DNA of 34,884 bases from a virus (taxonomy: Duplodnaviria; Caudoviricetes): the IMG/VR virus record IMGVR_UViG_3300016667_000907, positions 1-34,884 of that record; one strand, given 5' to 3'. Positions 34,848 to 34,884 of the stretch are shown in pieces; position 1 is the stretch's first letter, and every line of letters begins with the position of its first letter. Made by a program: the position numbers and the translations under genes. The notes below the pieces were generated by a model. The model worked only from the letters and a program-made list of their open reading frames with translations, did not search any database and was not told where the DNA came from.

Positions 34848-34884
34848 GGACTACGTCTTTTTACCTTGAAACCATTAATCCCCG

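Noticed and set aside
1-34884. tRNA/rRNA genes, integrase, reverse transcriptase or DGR
   Set aside because: None recognised by eye; a tRNAscan/Infernal run would be needed to exclude small RNAs.

Overview
This window is part of a large T4-like myovirus genome. 1-15.3 kb is the conserved T4-like core: portal gp20, core proteins, protease gp21, scaffold gp22, capsid gp23, gp3-like, uvsY, uvsW, gp55, gp47 and gp46. A GC-rich foreign virion-protein gene sits between gp20 and gp21. 15.9-25.2 kb is a large 7-deazaguanine DNA-modification cluster: queD, queE, PRTase, folE, DpdA3-like, formyltransferase, P-loop kinase, queF, NTP-PPase-like, queC, Ntn amidotransferase and dcd/dut. 28.2-34.9 kb is a divergently transcribed early region of small genes with sigma70-type promoters. 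Three homing endonuclease genes (HEGs) interrupt conserved genes with no visible intron or functional intein, and each host gene appears rescued differently. (1) uvsW is split, and the two halves carry complementary, catalytically dead fragments of a split-intein (Hint) fold. (2) queE is re-supplied with a synonymously recoded copy of its 5' end. (3) dcd/dut is re-supplied with a recoded copy of its 3' end. Also found: 12 co-oriented exact copies of CAGAGTTA in 2.6 kb, an unannotated ArfA-like ORF, RBS-occluding hairpins containing late promoters, IHF-like sites inside inverted repeats and a G-tract element. All protein calls come from motif recognition by eye, not database searches.
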